Shown piece after piece: positions 37,391-49,260 of a stretch of DNA of 64,000 nt. Position 1 is the stretch's first letter. Each line of letters opens with the position of its first letter. The DNA is taken from contig CM060734.1 in NCBI GenBank assembly GCA_030704615.1, positions 36,704,001-36,768,000 on the forward strand, given 5' to 3'. The notes under the pieces were generated by a model. It had not been told where the DNA came from. It was given only the letters and a program-made list of their open reading frames with translations, and ran no database searches. Made by a program: the position numbers and the translations under genes. This stretch comes from Takakia lepidozioides (lineage: Eukaryota; Plantae; Bryophyta).

Positions 37391-38939
37391 GTCTCAGCAA
37401 GGACTTTGATGTGGGTGGATTGCTTTGCGTTGTTTACAACTGCAGAGACATGGGGTGTCCAGTTTAAAAGGGTTCGCTTTATGTACACTTCCCCCTTATA
37501 TTTAATTTCTCTCTCTCACTCCAGATTCAGCTGAAAAAAAATTTCTCCAGGCAGTCAAATTTTGCATACCTCATTCGAACTTTGTTTTTCATACTAGGGG
37601 GCTCAAACTGAGCCCTACACTCAACCTTCCGAATTTTTCAGATCTGAACCGAATTTAAGGAGGTAAGTGAGCACACCAAGCATTTCAGGAATAAGAGAGA
37701 GAGGATACTAAGGTAGTTACATCCAAATGTGAGCGCTTAAGCAGATATGCCCATACAATTGGTGCAGTAAGGGGAAAAATTATATGACTGGATTAGCAAT
37801 TGAACAAACAGCTTGTGGTTTGAATTGCATGAATTTTGGACGAAGTGGCTAATTGATATATATTATCAAAGTGGCAGGGCACAAAAATGCTATGCCTGAG
37901 CTATAGAGGGTTCCATAACTCACTGAAATATTATCTAATATAAAGCCTACATGTGACCTGATATGCACGAGATGTGCACTTGAAATGGCCCAATAACTCA
38001 CCCAACAGCTCGGCTCACAAGAGCGAAAAGTATTCTATAGAAGGCCTCCATTTGGCAAATACGCTGGTCACACTATTCAGCACGTTTTTGTTCATCTAAC
38101 AAAGCACCATGGGGTCCACAATGCCCATGAAGGAACCTAAATCAGCCCGTTGGCAGCAAGGTGGCCATTTAAGGGCAGGCGGGACCACTTTACACCCCAA
38201 AAATAGGGGTCCATTTTAAGACCTGCTCATATTTGGGTGTTTCTACCTTATGTGTACATAGACCATACAGACACAGAAAACTCCTCTTGAACGTACGATC
38301 GATCAACATCAACGGGTATCTGCTCTCGATGCTAGGGTTTCATAGGGATAATCTCTGCCATAGTTTCTCCTGAGAATCCACAGTGGGGAACACCAGTTAT
38401 GCTCTGGTAATACCCATTCCGCCTGGCGGAATGCATGTTCGCCCTATTAGACTCGACCGCATTCCTAGGTGAACGGACCCTACCGGGCCCATTCCATAGT
38501 AGGTAGCAGCGATGGTATTGTATGGTGCAATTAGGGCGCCAAGTGCCACTACCGCTTCTATATACCGAATCGGCAGTGGTTGCGAGGGAACGAGGAAATA
38601 TATGGAAACGCCAGGGAACCATCTAGGGCTAATTTGCCAGGCACGGGCTAGCACATGAAGAATTTTGCAGGCCGATTCTGCCCTTCCACGCCCTACCTTA
38701 ACTGACACATACTCGATAAGGGGTCGCACAGGGTGGAATGGGCAAGGCACTTGACCTTGTGGCTGTACGTAAAGCAGGTTCGACAGTAGATCGAAGATAT
38801 AAGACCAATCCATGCTGCGGAAATCTCTGACAAGTTGCAGCTTATCGACACTTCCTTGCCAAAACTACCTTATAGCTTTGTCAAACTGCATAACTCACGG
38901 CTAAGCAGTCGTCGTTGCTAGACCATGATCCTATTTTAC

Positions 38940-39060
38940 GAATTACCAAGTTAGACGTATCTATACCAGGCATTATAATCCAGAACCAAACTCTCCCAAA
39001 TTACCACGTTAGGCGAAGTTATACCAGGCAATTATAATCCAGTACCGAACTCTTCCAAAA
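38940..39060 (+). repeat. Tandem duplication of ~59 bp
   Basis: AATTACCA.GTTAG.CG....TATACCAGGCA.TTATAATCCAG.ACC.AACTCT.CCAAA occurs twice. Confidence 0.75.
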
Positions 39061-39480
39061 TACATACACACCTTTTCCTCATCTTCGTTCCCGGAAACAT
39101 CTACTACACACGATGCCTAATCCCATGGGATGCATTTCGACGTCAAAAAGATGTACTTACGTTAATGAAATACAGAATAAGTTTGACATCATTATTCATA
39201 CCATGGTTTTCTCCATGAGTAAGGCTAGCTTCGTACTACAAGGAGACGACTGCTAATCCGTTGAAGCACATGGAATGCCCCTTCTGTTCAGATAGCAGCA
39301 TAGTAATTCTGCACATCTGTCATTGGAACAGCCGCACAAAGAATTGATACCTATGAGAAATTTTTACAGATTCCTTGATAAGTTGTGCATCCGATAGTTC
39401 TTCCTGCCGCCAGCTTGGAAAGGTTGAGGGCGTCTTCCCCTGTTTCAATGAGAGTGGAAAGAGGTAGAGGATCCCTCTCT

Positions 39481-40089
39481 CTACCGCACAAGGACATAGA
39501 CAGCGTAGAGGATGCCTGGAATGTATCCCAAAATTGTGAGAAGAAGACAAATCCAAAACTCCACCTGCCAAGCAAACCACGTGTATCAGATACTTACACA
39601 CCTTCCGGAACAGGCCGCTACAAAGTCGCTAACACTTTTACTACTACCAACGCCATTTACTCAATAAATTCCCTTCATCCCAGACAGTCAAAGACCGTCC
39701 AAAACATCTGGATTAAGTACGAAACCAAGCATAAAAGTTGAACATGGCAAAAAGCTCGGAGTGTGAAGAGAATTCGTGGGTATTAAACTACAATGTTACA
39801 AACACTTGAATGCTAGACAACTCCAAAGAAAGGGATATGGAACATATACTACCTACAAATTATACCAAATGTAATCATGGTTCACACTCTCCAGGTCTCA
39901 GTACGCAGATGCCTAGACAAAACTGAAGCAAAGACCTTAGGGATAAACAACCAAACAACCTCGAATGTTCACGTGTCCACACGGCTACACTGGCGAGAAA
40001 GAGCTTACCAAGCATCCATACTTCAGAAACACGCCGACAGGCGGCAGAAGTACGGCTATCAAAATCTCACAGAAGGTAGCAGCGGCCAT
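39481..40089 (-). CDS. RCI2: RCI2/LTI6/PMP3-family proteolipid, 54 aa. Exons 40089-40009, 39564-39481
   Basis: MAAATFCEILIAVLLPPVGVFLKYGCL|VEFWICLLLTILGYIPGILYAVYVLVR*; GT-AG intron. Confidence 0.95.
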
Positions 40090-40429
40090 TCCCTTTCCCA
40101 TCTTGCAAGCTGTTTTGAGACGGAGAGACCAGGTGGCTGGCCAACAAAGAAACCTCTTCGGACTTGAAACCGCACTCAACAATCGACCAAGTTTACTCCC
40201 TGCTGCGCCTCACCGAACTCAGTTCAGCACAACCTCGCCAGGCCCGCAACTTCACAGAACTCTTCACAGTCACTCCACGGTTCCTCAGATAAGCTTTATC
40301 ACCGCGAAGACAAGCACAACCTATGAACAAGCAACTTCGATGCAAGCCTGCAGGTGCGTCGCAAATAAACTCCGCTCTCTTAACCTCTCGCCCCTCGCAA
40401 CTCGATGCTTCACCGAAGCTCTCTTCTTT

Positions 40430-40790
40430 TCCGCACCGACGGCACAGATGTTTGTCCCGCTGTATCCTACGGTCATGATGATCTCCCTTATGGTGGACAG
40501 GGACACGCGTCCACGGTGCAGACGTCCCGCTGATCCTTGGGTGCCTATCGGGACACGTGCCCAGGGTCTCATACGAAAATGGTGCGCATGTGAGACAAAC
40601 TAAGTTACGTCTGGGCTCCACTCTTCCCTGGAATTTACTTTCTACCGCAACAAACCCGGTGAGATAGTATATAGCTACCACGTGGATGCAGCACAGGGGC
40701 CTACGAGAGCGATCAGCCTAGGCGTGCTTAGCAAGCGTCACATGTTTGGCGTGAATTTATTGGTGGTGGACTAGACACGTGTCATCGTTT
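40430..40790 (-). promoter_or_regulatory. ABRE/G-box and DRE-like cluster upstream of RCI2 copy 1
   Basis: ACCGAC (~40435), ACACGCGT (~40504), ACACGTG (~40553), CCACGTGG (~40678), ACACGTGTC (~40775). Confidence 0.55.
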
Positions 40791-42667
40791 GCGACGAGAT
40801 TTGACATGGGAGCGTCGGTGGGTTCATCGAATTACAAGTCCATACTGTGGGCTCAACTCGCGTTGAACAAGACTGGGGTGGGCCCCCGAGGATCGAACCC
40901 ACGACACCTGCCCTACTAGGTATACATTTGATGTATTCAGATGCCGGCCAGGTGGTCGTGGTCTCAAATCCTGGCTACCACGGTGCGGGAGCGGGAGGGT
41001 AATGCATGTAAGCATCATTTCCTGCCACAACTTCTCATAATGTCAGGCAATCATTGGCCTTAGCTATACACGTAACCCTTGAAGGGTGGCTGCATCTTCG
41101 CCGTTGGGAGTATGTGTGGTGACGATGTCGGGCTGGTGGCCGATGGCCGAACTTAAGGTCTGGCTGTAACACAGGGTTTGGGGACCTTTGAGGGATGTAA
41201 GTACATTTGTACATTTGAGGGATGTAAGTCTTTAACGTCCAGTGAATTTACAGAGCCTACTGCTCACACCCTCCCACGGGGATTGAGTGAAACATCTAAT
41301 TACAAAGGCGTTGCAATGGGCTCACCTCGTATTGCTGTGGAGATCATTGGCGACCTTGGCGACGGTTCTAGAATGGAGGATGGTGCCCAAGGGTAGAGGT
41401 GCGGCCATCTACGACTTCAGGAAGCTAGGCTAGCCAAGAAAAATTGTGAGTGAGGAGGAGGCTAGATGAGTTGGAAGGCCAGGCTATAGGCAAGAGAGAG
41501 TGGTACTGCGAGAGAGGGCGCCCCTAAGAGAACGAGGAAGGATTGTAGGCGAGGAGGAACTGTAGGGTTTGGGGCAAGGGCTGGCTGCACTCCGAGAGGA
41601 GTAGAAGAAAGGCCTTGCTGAGCACTATGGCTATAATCTGAGGTGAAAGGAGCAGATGGCTGCCTTGGCCAACACTATGGCTGTATTGAGGAAGGGCCAG
41701 GAGAGTGGGGAAGGGGAGGAGAGGTTTGACGGTAGGGAGGGGTGGTAAGTAATTGTTCAGGCGGATGGCTTTGCATCGGATGTCAAACAAAATTTACTAT
41801 TTTTACATCCGTCTGTATGTTATTTTACTGGTATGTCACTATGATATTTGTTTTTATGTCCAAGCCAGGGTTTTTTTTTAAAGGAACCCTGGGAGCGACT
41901 GCTCACCAGGGTTTTGGGGATCATCATCTCTACGCAAGAAAGTGGACGACATATGGCGAGGAAAAAAGTATGTGGTGGGTCATTATTGATTGGTACACTG
42001 CTCTGTACCTTTTTCCCAGGCTTGGAGTGGGGCCAAGTTACAATCCAGAATTTCCTATTTTTGGTGGGATCTGGGGAAGGTCGGTGATGTTTGAAGTCTG
42101 GAGTCTGGAGCTCACCTTACCACGCATTTTCAATTCTCTTCTGGTCAGCATGGTGCTGAATCACACAAAATTCTCGAATGTAAGTGATACGACCATAGAC
42201 AAACGATCAAGATAACTTGTAGATTGCTCACTTCACAGCAACACAAATGTTGGCAATCATCAATTTCATCACAGGGTATACAGCGTGCAAAGATGAATTC
42301 CTTGTGGATTATTCAGGTCTCTTACATCCAATGGTCCACTTCTATTAACGCCCCACCAGAGAGGCAAGGACCTGCAATCACCTAGGACATGCAATGTCTA
42401 ATTTACATCTTTTTCTTCCTCCGTACATGTATCTATCCCCGTGGACAGCCACAACTATTCAACTGATTGATCCTTTCCCTTTCCCGGACTCATTTGTAGA
42501 GTTCATTGATCACTTTGGGATGATGTACAAGTCGTAGCTTTGGCAGCTCTTCTTAGGGATCACATCTCCCTTACAATGATGGATTTGCGACCTTTCGAGT
42601 GCTGAAGACGAGTTGCTAAGGAGAATTCAAGTAAGAATCTGCGTATAGAACTCCGGAAATAACCGTT

Positions 42668-43373
42668 CTATCCGACAATAACATAAACGGCATATATGAT
42701 CCCGGGAATATATCCCAGAATAGTGAGCAGAAGGCATATCCAGAACTCGCTCTGCACACACGAAAGAGGAATTACAGCGAAGTCAGTAATATGTCTCGAG
42801 TATGTCTACCTATACACATTAACTTTGTCAGCATATTGAGGTCGAAATCTATCATTCAAACCGTCAACAACGTCAAGCTAGCCTTAAAATTTGAAGGACT
42901 ACTGCGACATAATTCTACTGTACTACTCCGTTACTGGCAGCACGTATGGTAAATACGAAGCAAGGATGGTCAGCTCTTCCGACTTCTACGTCATTTAACG
43001 ACGTATGAAGACGAGAAGGGTGAGAGAATGGTGCGTTTGTAATTCCAGTAGCTAAATCCGACATATATACCACGACACTGGGACTGCACGAGAAACCTAG
43101 AGTGCATAAGTAATACAAAGTAACCAGAAGGCAAACTTCGATGTAGCTACAAAATCACATAAACCGCTCTTTTAAAGCAGGTGCACTGCCTCTGAATTGA
43201 TGACAATCCGAACACGACACAGCCACAATCTGCCGTATTTTGCATAAGAAGGACATGAGGAGGACGAAGTAGCCTACCCGGCAGCCATATTTCAGGAAGA
43301 CGCCCAGAGGCGGCAAGATGATGGCCAGGAGCACATCCACAAATGTGTAAGTTCCTCTGGTTCCGACCGCCAT
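42668..43373 (-). CDS. RCI2: RCI2/LTI6/PMP3-family proteolipid, 59 aa. Exons 43373-43278, 42751-42668
   Basis: MAVGTRGTYTFVDVLLAIILPPLGVFLKYGCR|SEFWICLLLTILGYIPGIIYAVYVIVG*; same intron position as copy 1. Confidence 0.95.
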
Positions 43374-43509
43374 TCTTTCTAGCGTCGACACTCAACACTA
43401 AGGGGAAGCAAGTCCAAAATTCCTCGAGCCTGAACCAGCGATTATCTCGCAGCCTCGATTGTATGAGAATGGAAACTGCGAGTGTACGGATACTGAGAGT
43501 GACGGAGGA

Positions 43510-43835
43510 GGCCGGTGATATAGTGGCGCCGCTTTCACCTATTTGCCACCTTTCCTGCTCGGGACTCGGGACGACTCACTGCCGACTGACGTGTGGCAGC
43601 TAACGCCAACGTTCACTTATCAAAGCACTGTGCTTCTTGTCCGTTATTGGACGGAGTGGGGACCACCGCCGTTGCACACTGGTGCCAGCCTTTCATTGCA
43701 CGGCACGTGGTGGAATCTCGGCACCGAGATGATCTCGCATGAGCTTATGGGCTGTCAGCAGTTGTGAGGCGCCACGTGCTCCTGATACGTGGAGGTAGGC
43801 ATGGACTTGGTCGTATCGTGGACTCAGCCACGTCC
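43510..43835 (-). promoter_or_regulatory. TATA-like box plus ABRE/G-box and DRE cluster upstream of RCI2 copy 2
   Basis: CTATATCA on the minus strand (~43515-43522), GCCGAC (43581), GACGTGTGGC, CACGTGG (~43704), GCCACGTG (~43770), TACGTGG, GCCACGT. Confidence 0.6.
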
Positions 43836-44126
43836 TAGTTTCTTATTCGTTGGCTGAGTGTTGTTATTTGATTTCGTGGATGGAATACCAATTCTGTTAT
43901 TACTCCATCCGTCCATTTTATTTTGTGCTGTTTTTGTGTTTTTAAAATTGTCGATTATCTATTTAAAGGAACCTTTATAGAGAGGAGGAAAAATTAAGCC
44001 CCTTTCAGTCGCATTTATTTGTGTCTTATTTGTGTTCATAAGCCATGAAGCTAGTGAGCTACCATCTACTGAACTCGTTTGATATATTCAATCCAACTAG
44101 GGCTTCGCATTGCCCCCCCACTACGC

Positions 44127-44330
44127 TTCTCATTGTTGAATAATTGCGAGTTTAAGGCTCACGTGTGCGCCAGGCAGCGGCCCCATGCACGGACGTCGGG
44201 CGCCTTTGGGTGGCCCTGCCGCGACCCATGACCCGGCCCGGGTGGGTTTGCCACGAGGATGGGTCTGCCCCAAGTATGGTCTGCCACAAGACTCGGCTCG
44301 GGTGGGTCTGTCGCAGCTCGGGGCGCCCTA
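44127..44330 (+). repeat. GC-rich repeat with GGGTCTGC motifs; inverted partner at ~46800-47022
   Basis: CTCATTGTTGAATAATTGCGAGTTTAAGGCTCACGTGTGCGCCAGGCAGCGGCCCCATGCACGGACGTCGGGCGCC is nearly the reverse complement of 46944-47020. Confidence 0.8.
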
Positions 44331-44334
44331 GCGA

Positions 44335-44680
44335 CGCTTTTGTGACGTTGAGGGCCGCAAAGCCCAAACAAAAACACAAACAAACCCTCACTATGGCGAT
44401 GTCATTGCAACGCCCCGGCGTCGCAGAGGCACTGGGGCATCCTTAGTGACGTTTTTTGCGACGCCGGCTCGTCGCAATGTTTTTTTTTTTTTTTTTGGTA
44501 TGGTGTCGCAAGAAAAAAAATCCGTCGCAGCGAGGACCCCCTTCATGCCACCTTGCGACGGCCCGGCGTCGCAAAAAGGCGCCACGGGGTCGCAGGCTTA
44601 GCGCCACGCGGGGCGTGGGGGCGCGACTGGCGTCGCAAACCCCCCCCCCCCCCCCCCCCCCCCCCCAATTTGTTGTAGTG
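44335..44680 (+). mobile_element. CACTA family-A right-end fragment
   Basis: Ends CCCCAATTTGTTGTAGTG (44680); shares CCCTTCATGCCACC.TGCGACGG with 10924-10950. Confidence 0.8.
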
Positions 44681-45059
44681 GCACCAGACTTATTGACCCA
44701 TATGTTTTTCAACTAAAATACCCCAAACCACCATCGCGCTCCCAACATGTTTATTTGTAACACCTCCAAACATTACTATGGTTTCCCACTCGTGCATGCC
44801 TAACACATACATGTCCAAGACAATGTAACTCCTCACCCTATCATCCATAGGAGCTACTCCCTCGATATTCATCGAGACCGGCGCAAAATCAAATCCAATC
44901 ACTATTCCATGGCTCCAACGTAAACCCAATAAGCGCCCGCCCCACACAACCTCAAACACCCCAACCACAGCCACCCAACCAATTGATATATCATGGCCAC
45001 TTACTATTCACTCCACATGACACCCCGTAACACCTGCCCACACACTAGAGGAAATATAA

Positions 45060-45345
45060 CATCGACGATTCCTTGTATAAGTGTAATATCAAGATGGTGG
45101 ATCTGTGATGATGGCATGCAAATTTGGTTGGCGAGAAGGTATAGGGAGACCAAGCTGTCTGTAAATAAATAGTATGTTGAAGTATGTTGGTAGGGGAGAG
45201 ACTTGAGAGCATCATGTATAGCCATAAGCTACGCTCGCAGGATATTCTGGCGATCAAGGAGACGGCTGTATATTTTGGTGTTGGTGCCAACCAAATATAT
45301 ACCATAACCCACCTAGGCATCTTTTAAGGAGCCATCAGTACATAT
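45060..45345 (-). pseudogene. LINE RNase H domain
   Basis: CICTDGSLKD...GYG, ELMAIHDAL, YLFTDSLVSL carry the D-E-D catalytic pattern. Confidence 0.8.
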
Positions 45346-45759
45346 GCATTTTTGTGGTGGGAATTTCAAGATTATGGATCCCGTGAAATTTGGGAGTGGT
45401 ATAGCAAAGGTTTTTTGTCTCGTTGCCCAAAGAGGCCTGGGGGTCACACGTCTCCATGGTTTGTCCAAATTGATTCGGGGGTATTTGTTGGGTGTTTGGG
45501 TAGGCGGGTGGACTGTGGTTGTGTGACCAAATAAATGTTTTAGAATCCGGCCGAGTTGATGGTAGAAAGTGGTAGATATTTGCGGGTTTTGTGAGTAGTG
45601 AACACATACTAGTTTAGTTACTAATGGTTCGGGATATTTCATGTAATTGCGCCACGGCGGTGGGGGTTGATAAATGATTGAGCGGGGTTCAAATGTAGAT
45701 AACGTGAATATTCCAAGGGGGTCACTTTAGTGTTGGGTGTTTAGAGTTGGTATGGTTAG

Positions 45760-46020
45760 TATTAGGAATAAATAAGATGGTGACTCATTCTGGTGACATA
45801 TGTGCAACAATGCGCGCCCAATGAAGCGTTTCACTGGCAGAAACGGCATTAGGGGGGTGTGCAAATCCTCGCCATTGTCACTGGTGAGACCCTGCAGTCC
45901 CCAAGGATCCAAAGTACTGATCAATGTCGTATAAACTCGAGTAAGTACATAAACCCAGTGGGCATGTGAGAGGGTTACAGTAGTATGAGTGAGTGAGTTG
46001 CAGCTTTGTGGTGAGGAAGT
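45760..46020 (-). pseudogene. PCIF1/CAPAM-like N6-adenine methyltransferase-like domain within LINE ORF2
   Basis: YYCNPLTC..LCTYSSLYDIDQYFGSLG..SHQ*QWRGFAHPPN..ETLHWARI...VTILFIP parallels PCIF1 FASPLN..YCS..D.D.YFGS.G..F.ANPPF. Confidence 0.6.
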
Positions 46021-47027
46021 CTAGAAGGAGCGAGGGGAGGGTCGAGTGGGAATGTGCAAGTGAAAGTTTTTTTGTTGTTGTGGGTGATTTGGGTGGTAGG
46101 TCTTGTGCGTAGCGCTGGATGAGTCTAGACACATGTGGTGCAAATGTTGACAACGTATATTGCGGGGTCTGACATCTATGAGATGGAGTGGGTTGGAATG
46201 ATACCTTTCCCATAACCACTCCAATCTTTGGGGTGTTATGTTACTAATGTAGTACCCTAGTGGTCCATATATGTATGTCAAGTTATTGTGAGTGTGAATG
46301 TGGGGCTGAGACTTCATGATGTATTTATCTTGGTTACATTCAGCTATAGAGATGTGTAGATTTCAGATACTTCTTGGCGGGCTGATGAAGCGTCTATCGC
46401 TAGCTTGTGGTTCATCTATATGTTGGTTATGAATATGCGACAAGTAGTGGGTGTTTGTTTGTCGGTGGTGTTCAGTAACCATCTGAATATTAAGCTGTAG
46501 ATTGGGATTTCCGTGGGTGCGAGGATGGGTCTGCCACCAAGTGTGGTCTGTCGCGAGGTAGGGTCCGTAGGCCCTGACCCTACATTGGGGCTGACTGCGG
46601 CTATTTTCTAGGTTAAGAGATAAAAAAAAATGTTGGGGTAGCAACAAGCAGCGGGTAGTGTGGTGGTTGGGCGCATTGAGTGGTACCTATGAATTCAATT
46701 TTGGTTGTGCCAAATGTGTATTAATGATGGTTCCGGCTGGCGTTGCACGTGTTTTAATGACCCTCCTTTTGATGGGCGAGTTTTTCCACAAAAAATTTCA
46801 AGTCCCGCGGGTGGGCTGTGGCACGACGAACGCTCGTCCCGACCTGCCAGCAGTGAGCGAGCAGACCTGTCCTGACCCGTCAGCAGACTCGACCTGCCAG
46901 CAGACCCAACTTGGAGCAGACCCGGACCCTCCGGTGGTTGCGGGGCGCCCGACATCCGTGCATGGGGCCCGCTGCCTGGCGCACACGTGCGCCTTAAACT
47001 CCCAATTATTCAAAAATGAGAGGCCCG

Positions 47028-47829
47028 CACTACTAGCAACGATTTCTGATAACAGTGTTTTCTGTTTTTTTTTTTTTTTGAAATTAAAAGGTCTGGCCCT
47101 GTAGTTCATATTCAGTGTTCAACTTCTACAAAAAGTTCAATATTTGTCCTCATTTTGATTGAGAATATATATTGTACAAAAAGTAATAGGAATAATGTCA
47201 AATCTGAATACAGGTGCGATGTGACAGTTATTTTTCTAGATTTCGGACAACATATAGACTCCTTGAGCTTTTTGGGAAAAACGGGTACCGGATCAACCAG
47301 TTCCTTACCCTCCTACATTGCACAAGTTATGACTGGTATAAGGTGTTTATCAGTATTGGATGATTATTTGATTTTTTTCATAACATAACATGCGGTTTTG
47401 GTTGCTTCAACTACTAACCTGTGATTGGGGTTAATATATGTAGAACAATGAACATATCGCCATTGGACAGAACCGGAGTCAATGGTCAACAAGTTTTTGA
47501 AATTCAAATTTCAAATTCAAAATTTTCCACCTAAATTCAAATTTACCCCCTTAAACTGCGACGTCCCAGGACGTTGCTAATTCGGCATTGCAGAGTAGGA
47601 TTTTATTTTATTTTGCGACGCCCGGGCGGCATAGCAAATTGCCGTGGCGTGGCGTTGCGACCCCCATCCATCGTAAAATTGCGACGTTTTTTTGGCGATG
47701 CCTTTGCGACGGGCCTACGACGCCCGAGCGTCACAAAATTGGTCCCTCTCCCCTCCCCGAAAATGGTTGTTTAGCGATGCCGGCGTCGTCGAAACCCCTC
47801 CCCCCCCCCCCCTCTCTTTTCTTGTAGTG
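47028..47829. mobile_element. CACTA-type non-autonomous insertion(s) in the LINE
   Basis: CACTACTAGC at 47028, GCGACG subterminal repeats at 47555-47795, and end ...CTTTTCTTGTAGTG at 47829. TIRs match only over CACTAC and the TSDs do not match. Confidence 0.55.
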
Positions 47830-49260
47830 TGTCATTAGCATTTGTAAGTTGTCTGACTGTGGTGATGTTAAATTGCATAAAGAATTTTAGAGTGGTTTGT
47901 TTACGGGGTATGTTTTCTTGAGGTTGAAGAGATGAATTTGTGGGCTTGTGTCCCAAGCATTTTCCAGGGATGTATAATGAAATTGAATTGTGGGCATAGC
48001 AGTGTCCAGAGTAATGTGCATATGTTTGAGTATGAAAAGGGTCCTAGTGATTGGGGAGTGGGTGCATGCAATGGGGTTAATATCTAGTTAATTCGCTAAG
48101 CCACCAAATTTAGAGGCGACATGCTTAAGGAGTCCTTGATAAATATTCCCCAGTTTACCAACATCGTTTAGCAGCTGCGTTCCCAACGTTCTGGCGTAGG
48201 CCTCAGCTAAAGTTGTAGTACCAATACCATAGAGGCTCCTGGGTAGCTGCACTAGTGCATTGGGGGTGCTATTTGGGAGACCACATATTTGTTTAGAGAG
48301 GCGTATAATGATTCTACCTAGTGCGTTTATGTCCAGGATAGAGAATGGCGCTGCACGAAAAGGATATTCTATAGAAGTTCTAAGTACCGTGTCGAGAATA
48401 AATAACTTTTGGCGCATTGTGGCTGGCGAATTCAGTAAGGTAGATGCTTGTGAGAGAAGTTTTTTTTAGTTGTGTCATTTTTAGTCCTCCACTTAAGAGA
48501 GGGTGTCAATTATATACCTAAATATGTGTATGGGTCGTCTTGGTCCAAATATGGGAATGGTTGGGTATTGTATAGCACTGTGTTATTTAGTATTCTTAAC
48601 AAAGTTTGTGTGTCCTATTTGGTATGACATCTGACTAATCGCCGTGTTAGCACATTTATATAAGCTTAGTTCCATTGTTTCCCATTTATTGAATATTTCT
48701 AGTTTTTTTAGTTGTCCATTGAGATGGCTGGATTTGTTGGATAATAGTACAAAATCATCTACGTAGGCAGCTGCTGGGATGTAATTGGGAGAGGTAATGT
48801 ATTGGTATCATATGTTACCTCAAGCAAGCCAGCAGAGTCATGTGCTTGTGGTTACCATATGTGGTCTTAGCTTGCAGGAAAACGGTTTTATTGATAGAGG
48901 CTGGAGAGGTGTGTAGAATTCATGCGCTATCTTATATCGCATCCAAAGGAAGAGAGGGGGAGGGGTAGAAGATTGATTTATGTATGAGGCAAGGCTTGTC
49001 TTGTAGCATCTTACAGTATGATTGAACAATTTTTTTTTAATTGTCTTTGGATTGTTGCTTGGTGATATTGTAAGCGTTTTTCTTTGCATCTCGACCAATT
49101 CGGGAGAGAGATATGAGCCATGTATATATGTCTGCATCATTGTGAAGTATCGGGAAATATGTGTTGCAAGCTGCTATTGTGTATAGGTCTAATATGATAG
49201 GTGGGGTATTTCTCTATTGGGGGTCTTGTGGGTCAGATGAGAGGATTTGTAATAGCTTTG
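47830..49260 (-). pseudogene. LINE reverse transcriptase (C-terminal part) and thumb region; N-terminal RT motifs apparently deleted
   Basis: PAAAYVDDFVLL, LSLYKCANTAI, DDPYTYLGI, LRTSIEY...LPRSLYGIG. Confidence 0.85.

Noticed and set aside
38332-38813. Minus-strand ORFs with WFPGVSIYFLV, superficially like a third RCI2 exon
   Set aside because: No matching first exon or EFWICL motif; unassigned.
40870-40990. B-box GGTTCGATCC on the minus strand
   Set aside because: No A-box at proper spacing and no tRNA fold or TSD.
41500-42600. Possible Penelope or other RT remnant (ITYHPSL-like peptide on the minus strand)
   Set aside because: A single weak motif with no catalytic RT or GIY-YIG signature seen.
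44119-44680. CACTACG at 44119 paired with the GTAGTG end at 44680 as one complete element
   Set aside because: The TIRs agree only over 6 bp and the flanking trinucleotides (CCC, GCA) differ.
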